A stretch of 23,509 nucleotides of DNA from an uncultured Thermococci archaeon (GCA_964487115.1 CAZAPD010000109.1:1-23509); one strand, 5' to 3'; counted from the stretch's first letter, positions 9,083 to 19,296 are shown. Notes: generated by a model not told the origin, from the letters alone. Numbers and translations: made by a program.

Positions 9083-11059
9083 CTAAAAGCCTAATATGAT
9101 TCCTATATGATATACCACAATGCCCATGAACGATGCAAGTCCTATCATGTAGGCCATGGTAAAGAACGCCCACTTCCATCCAGCCTCCGCCCGTATTGCT
9201 CCGATTGTCGCTATGCATGGTATGTAGAGGGTCGTAACCAGACCCAGGATATATGCCTGCAAGGGCATCATTGCGTTTATTATGGCCTCTCTGCTGCCGT
9301 AGAGCACTCCATAAGTTGATATCACATTTTCCTTTGCTATGATTCCAAAGAGCAAACTTACAGCAGCCTTCCAGTCAAGACCCATAAGCCTTACATATGG
9401 TTCAAAGAACATTCCAATCCGCTCTGCATAACTCTGACCGCTTCCCATGACGCTCGGATAATTGCTGAGGTACCAGATGGCAATTGAACCAGTCAGGATT
9501 ATGGTGCCTGCTTTTTTAACAAATTCCTTGCTTCTCTCCCACGAATGCAGTAATACTGTTTTCCATGAGGGAATGAGGTATTCTGGGAGCTCAATTATAA
9601 AGGGGCTGCTTTCTCCTCTGACCAGAAACTTGCTGAAGAACCATGCCATAATCAGTGCAAGAAATATTGACATGGTGTATATGCTAACTGCAACAAAAGC
9701 CTGATTCTTCTGGAAGAATGCCCCTGCCAGAAAACTTATAACTGAGAGTCGAGCACTACAGGGGATTAAGGGATTTATGAGCATCGTTACTATTCTATCC
9801 TTTTCTTCATCCAGTGTTCTCGTAGACATCACTGCTGGGACATTACATCCAAAGGCTAAAACAAGAGGTATGAGACTCTTTCCTGGAAGACCAAATTTCC
9901 GCATTATCCGCTCCATCACAACAGCTGCTCTGGCCATATATCCAACATCCTCCAGAAAAGCCATCGCAAGGAAAAGAAGAAAGACCAGTGGGAAAAAGCT
10001 TAGGACAGCCCCCACACCCCCTATTACACCGTCAACCAACAGACCCCTGAGGATATCGCTCATTATCTGAGGTGCTAACCACTGTCCGAATGAGGAAAAT
10101 GCACTATCCAGCATTCCCTGTAATGGCATACCAACAGCAAATATAAATTTAAATACCAGATAGAACACTGCAAAAAGTGCCAAGATGCCATAAATAGGAT
10201 GAGTTAGAACCCTATCCAGTTGATCACCAAGTGTCTCTCCTGCTTCAAATTTATATCGCATGAATTTATGCATAAGACTGTCTATGAACTCATACTTTTG
10301 AGAGGCTATTATCAGATCCATTGCCCGTTTATATCTCTCCTCAACCTCCCCTATATGTCTCATAATTTCATTGAGCTTCTCACTCCCCAAATGCCGCAGA
10401 ACGAGCTTGATAACCTCCTCATCTCTCATGAGAAGTTTTATTGCCAGCCAACGAAGGTTATGTTTTTCTGCAAGCTCTGTGTGTTTTAGAGCTCCACTTA
10501 TATGCTCAATTTCACGCTCAACTGCAGGGTCATATTTAGGCATGATTGGGTCAGTTTTTGCTTTCCTATTCGCAACTTCATATATCCTCCTTTTGAGTTC
10601 ATCTATCCCGATGCCTTCCTTGGCATTTAGGGGAACAACCGGCACGCCAAGAACGGATTCCATCCTCCTTGCATCAATTTCAATGCCTTTCTTCTCGGCA
10701 AGGTCCATCTTGTTAAGAGCAATGACTATGTTCTTCAATCCCATCTCAAATATTTCCATTGTTAAAAAGAGGTTGCGCATCAGAGCGGTGGCATCCACTA
10801 CATCAACCACAACATCCGCACTTCCCTTGAGAAGAAAGTCTCTTGCAACAAGCTCGTCCACTGAATGGGCCGTAAGCGAATACGTCCCCGGGAGGTCGAC
10901 CACAAGGAATTTCTCATCTGCATATTCCAGAATTCCCTCCTTTTTTTCCACCGTTACACCGGGCCAATTACCAACATGTTGCCTCATGCCTGTTAGATCG
11001 TTGAAGATTGTGGTTTTGCCTACATTTGGATTTCCCGCCAGAGCCACGATCTTCATCAT
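9083..11059 (-). CDS. feoB: Ferrous iron transporter FeoB
   Basis: GNPNVGKT, GNWPGVTVE, DLPG and NKMD G-domain motifs; membrane domain with GYMARAA, FGCNVPA and PCSAR. Confidence 0.97.
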   Translation of the reverse strand: MMKIVALAGNPNVGKTTIFNDLTGMRQHVGNWPGVTVEKKEGILEYADEKFLVVDLPGTYSLTAHSVDELVARDFLLKGSADVVVDVVDATALMRNLFLTMEIFEMGLKNIVIALNKMDLAEKKGIEIDARRMESVLGVPVVPLNAKEGIGIDELKRRIYEVANRKAKTDPIMPKYDPAVEREIEHISGALKHTELAEKHNLRWLAIKLLMRDEEVIKLVLRHLGSEKLNEIMRHIGEVEERYKRAMDLIIASQKYEFIDSLMHKFMRYKFEAGETLGDQLDRVLTHPIYGILALFAVFYLVFKFIFAVGMPLQGMLDSAFSSFGQWLAPQIMSDILRGLLVDGVIGGVGAVLSFFPLVFLLFLAMAFLEDVGYMARAAVVMERIMRKFGLPGKSLIPLVLAFGCNVPAVMSTRTLDEEKDRIVTMLINPLIPCSARLSVISFLAGAFFQKNQAFVAVSIYTMSIFLALIMAWFFSKFLVRGESSPFIIELPEYLIPSWKTVLLHSWERSKEFVKKAGTIILTGSIAIWYLSNYPSVMGSGQSYAERIGMFFEPYVRLMGLDWKAAVSLLFGIIAKENVISTYGVLYGSREAIINAMMPLQAYILGLVTTLYIPCIATIGAIRAEAGWKWAFFTMAYMIGLASFMGIVVYHIGIILGF

Positions 11060-11283
11060 AGCTTCCTCACCATGACTTTACTTGCCAGTCCCCTCCCTAT
11101 CGCAAATCTTGTACCGCTAACAGAGAGGATTATAGGGCCGAAGGGGTGTGATTCTATCACATGGATTGTAGCTCCTGGAGTCAGGCCCATCGCTACAAGC
11201 CTCTGTCTCGCCCCAGCTCCACCAAGTATATTAACCACCATCCCCTTTTCACCGGGTTTGAGAACATTCAAAGGTACAATCAT
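11056..11283 (-). CDS. feoA: Ferrous iron transport protein FeoA
   Basis: RQRLVAMGLTPG...GPI...FAIGRGLA signature, overlapping the feoB start. Start is ATG 11283 (RBS GGTGA) or 11289. Confidence 0.93.
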   Translation of the reverse strand: MIVPLNVLKPGEKGMVVNILGGAGARQRLVAMGLTPGATIHVIESHPFGPIILSVSGTRFAIGRGLASKVMVRKL

Positions 11284-11293
11284 GTTCATCACC

Positions 11294-11308
11294 GTTAGGC
11301 TAACCTAA
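11294..11308 (-). promoter_or_regulatory. Putative DtxR-family operator (box 1) immediately upstream of feoA
   Basis: The minus strand reads TTAGGTTAGCCTAAC, identical to the first 15 nt of the classical DtxR consensus TTAGGTTAGCCTAACCTAA; it contains the TTAGG-N4-CCTAA palindrome. Confidence 0.75.
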
Positions 11309-11342
11309 TTCACATTATATTTAATAGATTGCCTTAAAAAGC

Positions 11343-11356
11343 TTTGGTGAGCCTAA
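11343..11356. promoter_or_regulatory. Putative second DtxR-family operator (box 2) next to the feoA BRE/TATA
   Basis: TTTGG-TGAG-CCTAA is one mismatch from TTAGG-N4-CCTAA and adjoins the minus-strand TATA-like TTTTTAAG at about 11333-11340. Confidence 0.55.
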
Positions 11357-11558
11357 CAAAAGGAGATAGTTCGATTTTGCATATACATAAGATTGCTCTT
11401 CAAAATATACAGGTTTGAGTTGGTTATAATTATTTTGTCTATTAAATAAATTCCATTTAAATAAATCCAATCTTGATTCAGAATTTTTAGAATTTTAGAA
11501 AAGTATTTAACCATAAAAATCGAAAATAAATGAATATCATCCAGCGAGGTGTTGAAGA

Positions 11559-12224
11559 ATGGGGATTGACATAGGAAAAAGTTTAACCAAGCCTATGGAA
11601 ATGCTACAGGAAAATTACAATCTCTTTATCCCGGCAATCCTGCCATTTATTGTAAGTCTAATTGGCGGGATTGCCCTTGGCGGAAGCATGTTTAGGATGT
11701 CCTTTGGAGGAATAGGGGCTATGGGGAGATTAATGGGATTAGCGGGCGTAGTGGGATTAATATCCTTCGTGGCATCCCTGATAGCCGAAGGAGCCATAGT
11801 CGATATGGCATATAAACAGCTGCAAGGAGAGAGTCCCGGATATATGGAAGGAATAAACGCTGCACTTGAAAAACTCGGCAGTCTGATTATCGCGACAATA
11901 ATAATAGGGATTGGTGCTTTTATTGGACTGGTTCTCCTTGTAATTCCGGGATTGATATGGCTGATCTTAGTGGCATTTACAATCCCAATAATAATGTTGG
12001 AGAATATGGACGGCATTAGTGCCATAACAGAGAGTATAAACCTAGTCAAGAGAAATTTGGGAGATGTTGTGGTATTCCTTATCGTGCTTATAATTATAGT
12101 TGCTATAGTTACCATGATTTTAAGCCTGATACCCTATATAGGTGGTGCAATAGCAACTCTGATAACAACTCCGTATATGGCAATTGCCCTGACTATTGCG
12201 TATCTCGAACTAAAGGGTGAGTGA
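11559..12224 (+). CDS. Conserved-type integral membrane protein of unknown function
   Basis: 221 aa with about 5-6 hydrophobic segments, LLVIPGL motif and RBS GAGGTG upstream. Confidence 0.85.
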   Translation: MGIDIGKSLTKPMEMLQENYNLFIPAILPFIVSLIGGIALGGSMFRMSFGGIGAMGRLMGLAGVVGLISFVASLIAEGAIVDMAYKQLQGESPGYMEGINAALEKLGSLIIATIIIGIGAFIGLVLLVIPGLIWLILVAFTIPIIMLENMDGISAITESINLVKRNLGDVVVFLIVLIIIVAIVTMILSLIPYIGGAIATLITTPYMAIALTIAYLELKGE

Positions 12225-12256
12225 GCTTTTTAATTCTTTCCCTTCTATTCTTAACC

Positions 12257-13057
12257 ATGCTTCATGAGACTGTAAGAGAGATAAAGCAATTCGCAGATAA
12301 AAATGGGCTTCAGAAGAAGAGAATCCTCATGATGTTCTCTGGAGGAAAAGACAGCAGCTTAGCTCTATATCTCATTAAGAAAGCCGGACTGGATATCTCA
12401 GCTTTAACTTTCTTCCACCGCTGGAGCTGGAAGGAAACTTTAAGATGGGCAATGAAGTTTACGGCAAAGCTGGAAGTGAAACACTATCTGGTTGACATAA
12501 CAGAGGCTCTTCTCAGAGAGGCCACCGGAAGGAAAGGGCCAATCTGCATACACTGCAAAAAGGTCATGATGAGAAATGCCTATTGGTTTGCGAGGTTCAA
12601 CGGCTTTGATATTCTGGCAAAAGGCGATAACGCTAATGATAAAATCATTGGCGCTCTCCTTGACCAGTGGTCGGGGGATATAAGGCTAACCGAAATACCC
12701 AGAATCGGTATCCCAATATTTAGGCCTTTAATAAAACACAGAGCGGAGATAGTTGAGTTGCTGACAGAGGAAGCTGGAATAAGGCCATACCGAATGTTTG
12801 AGTATGGAAGGAGAAAACAGTGGAGGGAAGGCTGTCCTCTGCAGTATATCGACCGCGAGAGAATTATAACACCTGAGCTTATGGATATCGCATATTCCCT
12901 TAACTATGAAATCAGCAAAATTGCGAGAAAATATAAAACACGTCTGAGCGTTAGAGTTCCAAGCTTTGAGATGATGTGTCAGAGCTATAGCTGTGATGAA
13001 AATATACTGAAGGAGGCTGAGAGAGTTGTTTCTACCTATCGGAAAGCTGAGAAATGA
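12257..13057 (+). CDS. PP-loop (adenine nucleotide alpha hydrolase) ATPase, TtcA/QueC-like, specificity unknown
   Basis: SGGKDS PP-loop, CIHC, FRPL and GCPL motifs; ATG 12257 is the likely start. Confidence 0.85.
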   Translation: MLHETVREIKQFADKNGLQKKRILMMFSGGKDSSLALYLIKKAGLDISALTFFHRWSWKETLRWAMKFTAKLEVKHYLVDITEALLREATGRKGPICIHCKKVMMRNAYWFARFNGFDILAKGDNANDKIIGALLDQWSGDIRLTEIPRIGIPIFRPLIKHRAEIVELLTEEAGIRPYRMFEYGRRKQWREGCPLQYIDRERIITPELMDIAYSLNYEISKIARKYKTRLSVRVPSFEMMCQSYSCDENILKEAERVVSTYRKAEK

Positions 13058-14024
13058 AATCCTTAAGGAAGTGATATTCCCAAATCTTGGGATAGAGGAT
13101 AGCAAAGTCGTTATCGGGCCGAAAGAGGGTTTTGATGCAGCTGTAATTGAGTATGACGAGAGACACTACCTCATAGCTGCCACAGATCCAACAGTAGGTG
13201 TTCCAGAGGAGACATTTGGATTCTTCACATATCATTTTGCATCCAGTGATGTTGCTGTTTTTGGGGCAAAACCAAGATGGCTAATAGTTAACCTCCTCCT
13301 ACCCCCAAAAACCGGAAAGCAGAGACTGTTCGAGATAATGAGAGGATTGAACTTTGAGTGCAGAAAATATGGTTCCTCGGTAATCGGAGGTCATACAGGT
13401 ATCTATCCCTCCATGAACGAACCCACAGCAACAACAACTGCCCTCGGCCTTGTCAGAAAGGATGAACTCAAATTACCCGTTGCAAAGCCCGGAGACCGGA
13501 TAATTCTCACCTCAAAGGTCGGTTTGGAATTTGCTGTAAGTGCAGCCTACTTCAGAACACATGAGCTCAAAAAAGTTCTCTCCTTCAAAGAAATCATTAA
13601 TCTAAAGGCAAAATACAAGCTTGAAACTGCAGTCCCAGATGCCCTAACTGCGAGACTGTTTGTAAGAGGAATGCACGACGCAACAGAAGGGGGCCTCACA
13701 GCACTCAATGAAATAGCCGAAAACTCGGACTTAGGTTTTAAAGTGTATTTGGAAAACCTCAGACTCGATCCCATTGTTAAAAAGATTCTGGACTTTTATC
13801 ACATTGATCCCCTTAAAGTTTCCTCAACTGGAACATTGATAGCTATAACTCCTCCAGAAAATGTTAATTCATTAATTACAGAATTAAATAAAAATGGAAT
13901 TATGGCATTTGAATTTGGTGAATTCACTGAAGAAATGGAGCGACTTCTAATTGTGGGGAATGAAGAGCAACCTTTCCCCGAGTTTGATGGAGATCCCTAT
14001 GCCAACCTGTATGAGGAAGATTAA
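13026..14024 (+). CDS. AIR synthase-like (PurM/HypE/ThiL/SelD superfamily) protein
   Basis: GFDAAV, TDP, SDVAVFGA.P, IGGHT and MHDATEGG motifs; lacks the C-terminal PRxC of true HypE. Confidence 0.88.
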   Translation: MFLPIGKLRNEILKEVIFPNLGIEDSKVVIGPKEGFDAAVIEYDERHYLIAATDPTVGVPEETFGFFTYHFASSDVAVFGAKPRWLIVNLLLPPKTGKQRLFEIMRGLNFECRKYGSSVIGGHTGIYPSMNEPTATTTALGLVRKDELKLPVAKPGDRIILTSKVGLEFAVSAAYFRTHELKKVLSFKEIINLKAKYKLETAVPDALTARLFVRGMHDATEGGLTALNEIAENSDLGFKVYLENLRLDPIVKKILDFYHIDPLKVSSTGTLIAITPPENVNSLITELNKNGIMAFEFGEFTEEMERLLIVGNEEQPFPEFDGDPYANLYEED

Positions 14025-14060
14025 CTACCGCTCATATGCACAAACCCCAGAACAGGCAGA

Positions 14061-15131
14061 TCATTTCACCCTGAATCTCAAGAGAGCTGCCAGTCCACCG
14101 AGGGCTTTAAGCTTATCTCCTCCTTCATGTTCAGAGCTTACCAAGACGACTTTTCCTCTGGACATTCTTGTGAACTCCATTAGTCTCTCGATTTCTTCCT
14201 TACGCTCGCCTTTGAGGAGTTCATCAAGGACTAAAAGAGTCTCTATTGCTCCGTAGTTTGCAGCTTCCCCAACCTCTTTGAGGCCGTAAGCAACCAGACC
14301 GTTTCGAGCTATCCCTTCTATGACCTTTTCCACGAGCTGAACCTCTTTTGCAACCCGATTCTCATGGTAAACCCTGTCAACAGTTCCTCTTCTGATTACC
14401 TCATAGATTCCAGTTCTGCCTGTAACACTCGTGTCTTCAACAACAATCCTCTCTGCTAATTCAGAATAATTCTCCTGCAGGAATCTGTAGAACTCCTCCT
14501 TGACAAAGCCCGGACCGGCAACGATAGCCCTTTCAACATTTTCCCTTTCCATAATCTCTCTCATAGTTCTTGCGAGGTCGTGAAAGAACTTTTTCTCCTC
14601 CGCATCCCTGTCCGTACTGTATCTCTTGCCTCCAAAGTTACGCCTGAGATTTGCAATTATGTCAACACCATACTCCCTGACAAGAGCAATGTCGGCCTCG
14701 CCATCATCTATGACCACTATCATGACTCTGGCTCTCTTGGAAGCCTCAACAGCTTCTTTCAGCCTCTCAAGATGATATGGTTTCCAGTGCTCCTTTTGAA
14801 TTGTCACCACAGTTCCCTCTTCGATTGCAAGGGTGTGGTACTTTCCAAGGGGAACATCGTCCCTTGATGCATGCACTATCGGACCAGTAATTCTCAGTGC
14901 ATTTGCAAAACGATGAAAACTTATTTTCTCAGCTTTGACACCAATGAAAACAGGGACAGCCTGTACCTTTTCAGGTCTTAGGGAATCGCTCCTCTGAGAC
15001 TGCTTTCTTAGTGTTTTGGCATATACTATATCCCCCTCTTCTATGATGTGATACAGATGCCAGAGGTCATCGAGGGTCTCAGCTTTAACCTTTATTTTAC
15101 CCTCTTTGGTATCCTGGTGGATTATCTGCAT
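14061..15131 (-). CDS. pelA: mRNA surveillance / ribosome rescue protein Pelota (aDom34)
   Basis: DDLWHLY, LRITGPI, GKYHTL, AGPGF, AYG..EV and LGGLAALLRF motifs. Confidence 0.95.
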   Translation of the reverse strand: MQIIHQDTKEGKIKVKAETLDDLWHLYHIIEEGDIVYAKTLRKQSQRSDSLRPEKVQAVPVFIGVKAEKISFHRFANALRITGPIVHASRDDVPLGKYHTLAIEEGTVVTIQKEHWKPYHLERLKEAVEASKRARVMIVVIDDGEADIALVREYGVDIIANLRRNFGGKRYSTDRDAEEKKFFHDLARTMREIMERENVERAIVAGPGFVKEEFYRFLQENYSELAERIVVEDTSVTGRTGIYEVIRRGTVDRVYHENRVAKEVQLVEKVIEGIARNGLVAYGLKEVGEAANYGAIETLLVLDELLKGERKEEIERLMEFTRMSRGKVVLVSSEHEGGDKLKALGGLAALLRFRVK

Positions 15132-15187
15132 GTACTCACCTCTCCATCCTGTTTTGGTTTAAAGAGAATTAAAATGGCTGAGAGTTC

Positions 15188-16231
15188 CTAAATAAGCTCT
15201 CTCTCCGTTCTGGTGAGCCGTTTTGCCCCGTTTTTGGTTATAACAACCGTGTCCTCTATTCTTACACCACCAAACTTTGGAATGTATATCCCTGGCTCAA
15301 TTGTCACGACCATGCCCTCCTTGAGAACGGTGTCATCCTGCTGGCTAACCCTTGGCCATTCGTGTATCTCAAGACCAACCCCATGCCCAGTTGAATGAAT
15401 GAACCTCTCGCCATAACCGTATCCACCTATGACATTCCTGACAATTGTGTCAAGTTCCTTAGCGGTCATTCCCGGCTTCGCAGCTTCCACGCCTTTTTTC
15501 TGAGCTTCAAGCACTATCTCATACATCTCCTTCTGCTTCGCATTTGGAGAGCCAACGACTATTGTTCTGGTCATGTCTGAGTTGTAATGCCGGTAAAGGG
15601 CTCCTTCGTCTATAACTACAAGCTCACCTTTTTCTATTCTTTTATCGCTGGCAACTCCATGGGGCAAAGCTGAACGCCATCCGCTTGCTATTATTGTATC
15701 AAATGCAGTCTTATCAGCTCCATGGACTTTCATCACATATTCCATCTTTGCTGCAATTTCCTTTTCTCTCCTGCCTTCCCGTATTTCCTCAAGCGCCGCC
15801 ATCATAGCTGCATCTGCTATTTCACATGCGACTTTAATTAGCTCTATTTCCTCTGGGGTCTTAATTATTCTCAGCTCCTTTATGACGTCATCAATAGACT
15901 CAAACTCTCTTATTCCTGCTTTTTCCCTCAGGCTGTTGACAAAACCAAAGCTTGTTTTTCCTTCTAACGCTAATGAGTGATATAGTCTGAATCGTTCAAA
16001 AAGCTCCGCAGAGGTCTTGAACTTCTCAACAGTAACAGATGAAGTATCTTTAGCTTCTTCATACTCCAGTTCAGGAACAATAAAAATCGCATTATCGGGT
16101 GTTATTAAAAGATAACCTCCCAGAACAGGGCTACTCCCTGTAAAGTAAAATAAGTTCTCTTTCCCCATGATCAGTGCAGCATCAAGTTCTTTCTCTGAGA
16201 TAAATTCTTGAATCTTTTTGATTCTCTGCAT
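15188..16231 (-). CDS. pepQ: Xaa-Pro dipeptidase/aminopeptidase (prolidase, M24B)
   Basis: LRIIKTPEE, YNSDMTRT, HSTGHGVGLEIHE, TIEPGIY and GVRIED motifs; start ATG 16231 with RBS GAGGTGA. Confidence 0.92.
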   Translation of the reverse strand: MQRIKKIQEFISEKELDAALIMGKENLFYFTGSSPVLGGYLLITPDNAIFIVPELEYEEAKDTSSVTVEKFKTSAELFERFRLYHSLALEGKTSFGFVNSLREKAGIREFESIDDVIKELRIIKTPEEIELIKVACEIADAAMMAALEEIREGRREKEIAAKMEYVMKVHGADKTAFDTIIASGWRSALPHGVASDKRIEKGELVVIDEGALYRHYNSDMTRTIVVGSPNAKQKEMYEIVLEAQKKGVEAAKPGMTAKELDTIVRNVIGGYGYGERFIHSTGHGVGLEIHEWPRVSQQDDTVLKEGMVVTIEPGIYIPKFGGVRIEDTVVITKNGAKRLTRTERELI

Positions 16232-16338
16232 GAATTTCACCTCAAGGTGTGATGGCAGGTAATAAATAAAATTCTTTCGGGTAAACTTCAGGTAAACTTT
16301 TAAAAATTCGCCCTCGAATCCACCACTGGTGATATGCA

Positions 16339-16602
16339 ATGAAGAGGAAGGCCCTTGTCGTCAGCTACATGAGGAGCAAAGAAAGACAACACAACAACCA
16401 CATGATACTTAAGCCCCTTGGAATTGAGAGCAGAGAGCAGGCGGCAGGGCTGATAGGTAGAAAGGTTGTATGGAGAAGTCCAACAGGCAGGAGACTTGTA
16501 GGGAAGATTACGAAAACACACGGTACTCAAGGGGAAGTCAAGGCAAGATTTGAAACTCCCTTGCCGGGTCAGGCACTCAACGACTACGTTGAAATCCTCT
16601 AA
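16339..16602 (+). CDS. rpl35ae: 50S ribosomal protein L35Ae
   Basis: 87 aa; SY.RSK..Q...[17 protein letters not shown]...HG..G.V.ARF..LPGQ motifs. Confidence 0.93.
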   Translation: MKRKALVVSYMRSKERQHNNHMILKPLGIESREQAAGLIGRKVVWRSPTGRRLVGKITKTHGTQGEVKARFETPLPGQALNDYVEIL

Positions 16603-16623
16603 TTCAATTTTTTGGTGTGCTCA

Positions 16624-17772
16624 ATGATAACGATAGAGAAAGGAATGAAAAGAATAAAAGAGGGATATGCGGAGATATGGATTCCAGCTACTGAAAGAAT
16701 ATACGATGCTCCTGTTTTTTACAATCCTGTCATGGCTCTCAACAGAGATATAAGCGTTCTAACTGTGAAAGTTCTAAGAGCTAATTCTGTCCTCGATGCT
16801 CTCTCTGCCACGGGAATAAGGGGAATTCGCTATGCCCTTGAGACCTCAGCTGAGGAAATCTGGCTTAATGACATCAGCGAGGATTCTTTCAAGCTTATGC
16901 TCAAAAACGTGCAGGCCAACTTTGACTTAAAACCAAATCTCACCGGAAAAACAGCTATCTTTGAAGACAGGAAGCGGATAATCGTGACAAATAAGGACGC
17001 CAATCTCATTATGGATGAGAACTTCAGGCATTTTGATTTTGTTGATTTAGATCCTTTCGGCTCCCCAATGGAGTTCCTTGACTCTGCACTGAGGGCGGTT
17101 AAAAGACACGGAATTTTAGCAGTTACAGCCACTGATACAGGAGTTCTTTGTGGTGCCTATAGAAATGCATGTCTGAGGAAGTATCTTGCTGAGCCCATGA
17201 GGGGAGAGCTGTGCCATGAAGCCGGCCTGCGAATTCTTCTGGGAGCCGTGGTCAGGTATGCAGCCAAATATGACTTGGGGGTCGAAGTTCTTCTCGCTTA
17301 TTACAAGGACCACTACTTCAGAGCTTTCCTAAGGCTGAGGAGCGGAGCGAGAAAAGCAGACAGAAGCATTAAACAATTAGGATACCTGTATCAACGCACA
17401 AACGGGAAATTCTGGATTGAAAAATCTTTCCTCCCATCAAAAGAGGGAGCACATGGCCCTTTATGGCTCGGCCCATTGAAGGATCAGAAATTTGTGGAAA
17501 AACTCCAAAGGTTAACCAAAGACATGCCTCTTGGTGATGATAAGAGAACCCCAAAGTTCCTTCATCTTCTGGCTGAAGAATTTGACACTCCATTCCTCTA
17601 TGATACGCATGCACTGGCGAGGAGAAATGGTCTTAAGGTCAGAAAGCTTTTAAATGTTATTGAAGTACTGTGTGAGAGGGGTTATCAGGCGACAAGAACG
17701 CACTTTTCACCAACTGCCATTAAGACAGATGCACAATTTGAAGATGTGCTCAGGGCACTGGAAGGTGCATAG
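16624..17772 (+). CDS. trm1: tRNA (guanine-N2)-dimethyltransferase Trm1
   Basis: [43 protein letters not shown] and [12 protein letters not shown] motifs. Confidence 0.95.
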   Translation: MITIEKGMKRIKEGYAEIWIPATERIYDAPVFYNPVMALNRDISVLTVKVLRANSVLDALSATGIRGIRYALETSAEEIWLNDISEDSFKLMLKNVQANFDLKPNLTGKTAIFEDRKRIIVTNKDANLIMDENFRHFDFVDLDPFGSPMEFLDSALRAVKRHGILAVTATDTGVLCGAYRNACLRKYLAEPMRGELCHEAGLRILLGAVVRYAAKYDLGVEVLLAYYKDHYFRAFLRLRSGARKADRSIKQLGYLYQRTNGKFWIEKSFLPSKEGAHGPLWLGPLKDQKFVEKLQRLTKDMPLGDDKRTPKFLHLLAEEFDTPFLYDTHALARRNGLKVRKLLNVIEVLCERGYQATRTHFSPTAIKTDAQFEDVLRALEGA

Positions 17773-17813
17773 GACTGAAGCTCATGCCGACATCCGTTGA
17801 GAGGGGTGAACTT

Positions 17814-18908
17814 ATGGATGACATGATAAAACTCGCCCAAGAGTTCTATAAGGATGAATATGCGGATTCAGTGCTGTATGCTCATTTAGCCAAGGATGAA
17901 GGGGATGAGGAGATAAAGGAGGAGTTTCTTCGCCTCTCAAATATAGAATCAAAGCATGCAAAATTCTGGCACGACTTCATAAAACGACATGGAGGAAAAG
18001 TTCCAAAACCGGGAGTTAAAAGGCTAACCATATCAAGCATAAAACTCCTCAGACGGCTTTTAGGACCGGGTTCTCTTGCATCCCTCCTCGAAATGGGAGA
18101 AAACAGCGCCATACAGAAATATTTCAAGTATCTCACAACATATGCCGACCGTTTTTCTGATGAAGAAATGAAAGAGATCAAAGAGGTTATTCTGGACGAG
18201 CTTGAACATGAAAAGTTTTTCTACGAGAGCAAGCAGCGCTTTCATACTGAAAACATCCGTGATCTCGTTCTTGGAATGAACGATGGGTTGGTTGAGATTC
18301 TTGGCGCTGTAACAGGTCTCTCAGCAGTTTATCCAAATAATCCCCAGCTCGTTGGTATAAGCGGTCTCATAGTCGGCGTTGCTGGAGCTCTTTCCATGGC
18401 TATAGGAACTTTCATTTCGGTTCGCTCTCAGAGACAGGTAAATGAGGCAATTAAGGATAGAATGGAAGTTCTCTTCAGAGTTTCACCTGAAAGGGCAAAG
18501 GAAGAGCTTCTGGATAAACTTATAGGGGGTGGAATGCCCGAGGATATTGCCAGGGAAGTCTCAGAAAAGCTCGCTGATAACAGCGATGCAATAATGAAAC
18601 TCCTTATTCCAGAGAGTGATGAGAATGAGATAAGAGCCGCTCTCTATACAGGTTCATTTTATCTATTGGGAGTTGCGTTTCCGGTAACGCCCTACTTCTT
18701 AGCTTCAAGCTCATTAACTGCTCTGCCATTTTCAGTCCTCTTAGCTGGATCTGCCTTAGCTGTAGTTGCGACGCTAATTTCCCTGCTTTCTGGAATCTCC
18801 ATAAGAAAGAAAGCTGTTGAGATGGTCACAACAGGATTGGGGGCGGCTTTCCTCAGCTATCTCTTCGGTCGTCTAATGGAAGCTTTATTCCATGTTTCAG
18901 CACTTTAA
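17814..18908 (+). CDS. Ferritin/rubrerythrin-like domain fused to VIT1/CCC1 transporter domain (MbfA-like iron exporter)
   Basis: N-terminal ExxH di-iron motifs (ESKH, ELEH), then VLGMNDGLV and AGALSMAIG VIT1 motifs; RBS GGGGTGA before ATG 17814. Confidence 0.9.
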   Translation: MDDMIKLAQEFYKDEYADSVLYAHLAKDEGDEEIKEEFLRLSNIESKHAKFWHDFIKRHGGKVPKPGVKRLTISSIKLLRRLLGPGSLASLLEMGENSAIQKYFKYLTTYADRFSDEEMKEIKEVILDELEHEKFFYESKQRFHTENIRDLVLGMNDGLVEILGAVTGLSAVYPNNPQLVGISGLIVGVAGALSMAIGTFISVRSQRQVNEAIKDRMEVLFRVSPERAKEELLDKLIGGGMPEDIAREVSEKLADNSDAIMKLLIPESDENEIRAALYTGSFYLLGVAFPVTPYFLASSSLTALPFSVLLAGSALAVVATLISLLSGISIRKKAVEMVTTGLGAAFLSYLFGRLMEALFHVSAL

Positions 18909-19296
18909 ATGTAGAAAATTTCAATATCCAGCCTTTCCACCATCTTCCCTGTTTTTCGTCTCCTCTGACAAGTTTGCCATATTTAAATACCTGAGCAATA
19001 TGGAGAGAGCCGTATATCGTAAGTGGCTTCTCTACTGCTATTTCTTGGGCTTTCTTTAGGTATTCTAAGGGGTTGTCAAAGAGTATCACACCGGATACCA
19101 TGTTAAGAGCTTACTTCGTCGCTCAAATTCATCCCTGTTGATAATTTTGTAGAGGACACGGTACTGCCAGAGAGCGTTTGATACCTCCGGAATGATGTGG
19201 GTCAGAGAAGTTAGGTATTTTCTAAAGAGGTCCTCGACCTTCTCTCATTTCAGCTCCAAGATACTTGGCCAGAAGCGATGTGTCAATTACTATCAC
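18905..19296 (-). pseudogene. vapC: Degraded VapC (PIN-domain) toxin
   Basis: GTG 19296 reads MIVIDTSLLAKYL. Fragments in shifting frames follow: EKVEDLFRKYLTSLTHIIPEVSNALW; ALNMVSGVILFDNPLEYLKKAQEIAVEKPLTIYGSLHIAQ...GKLVRGDEKQG; KMVERLDIEIFYI* (TAA 18907-18905). At least three frameshifts. Confidence 0.85.

Noticed and set aside
13026..14024. Calling this gene hypE
   Set aside because: It lacks the C-terminal PRxC cysteine, and no hyp genes are nearby.
18853..19101. 82-aa minus-strand ORF as an intact gene
   Set aside because: It is an internal fragment of the frameshifted vapC pseudogene.
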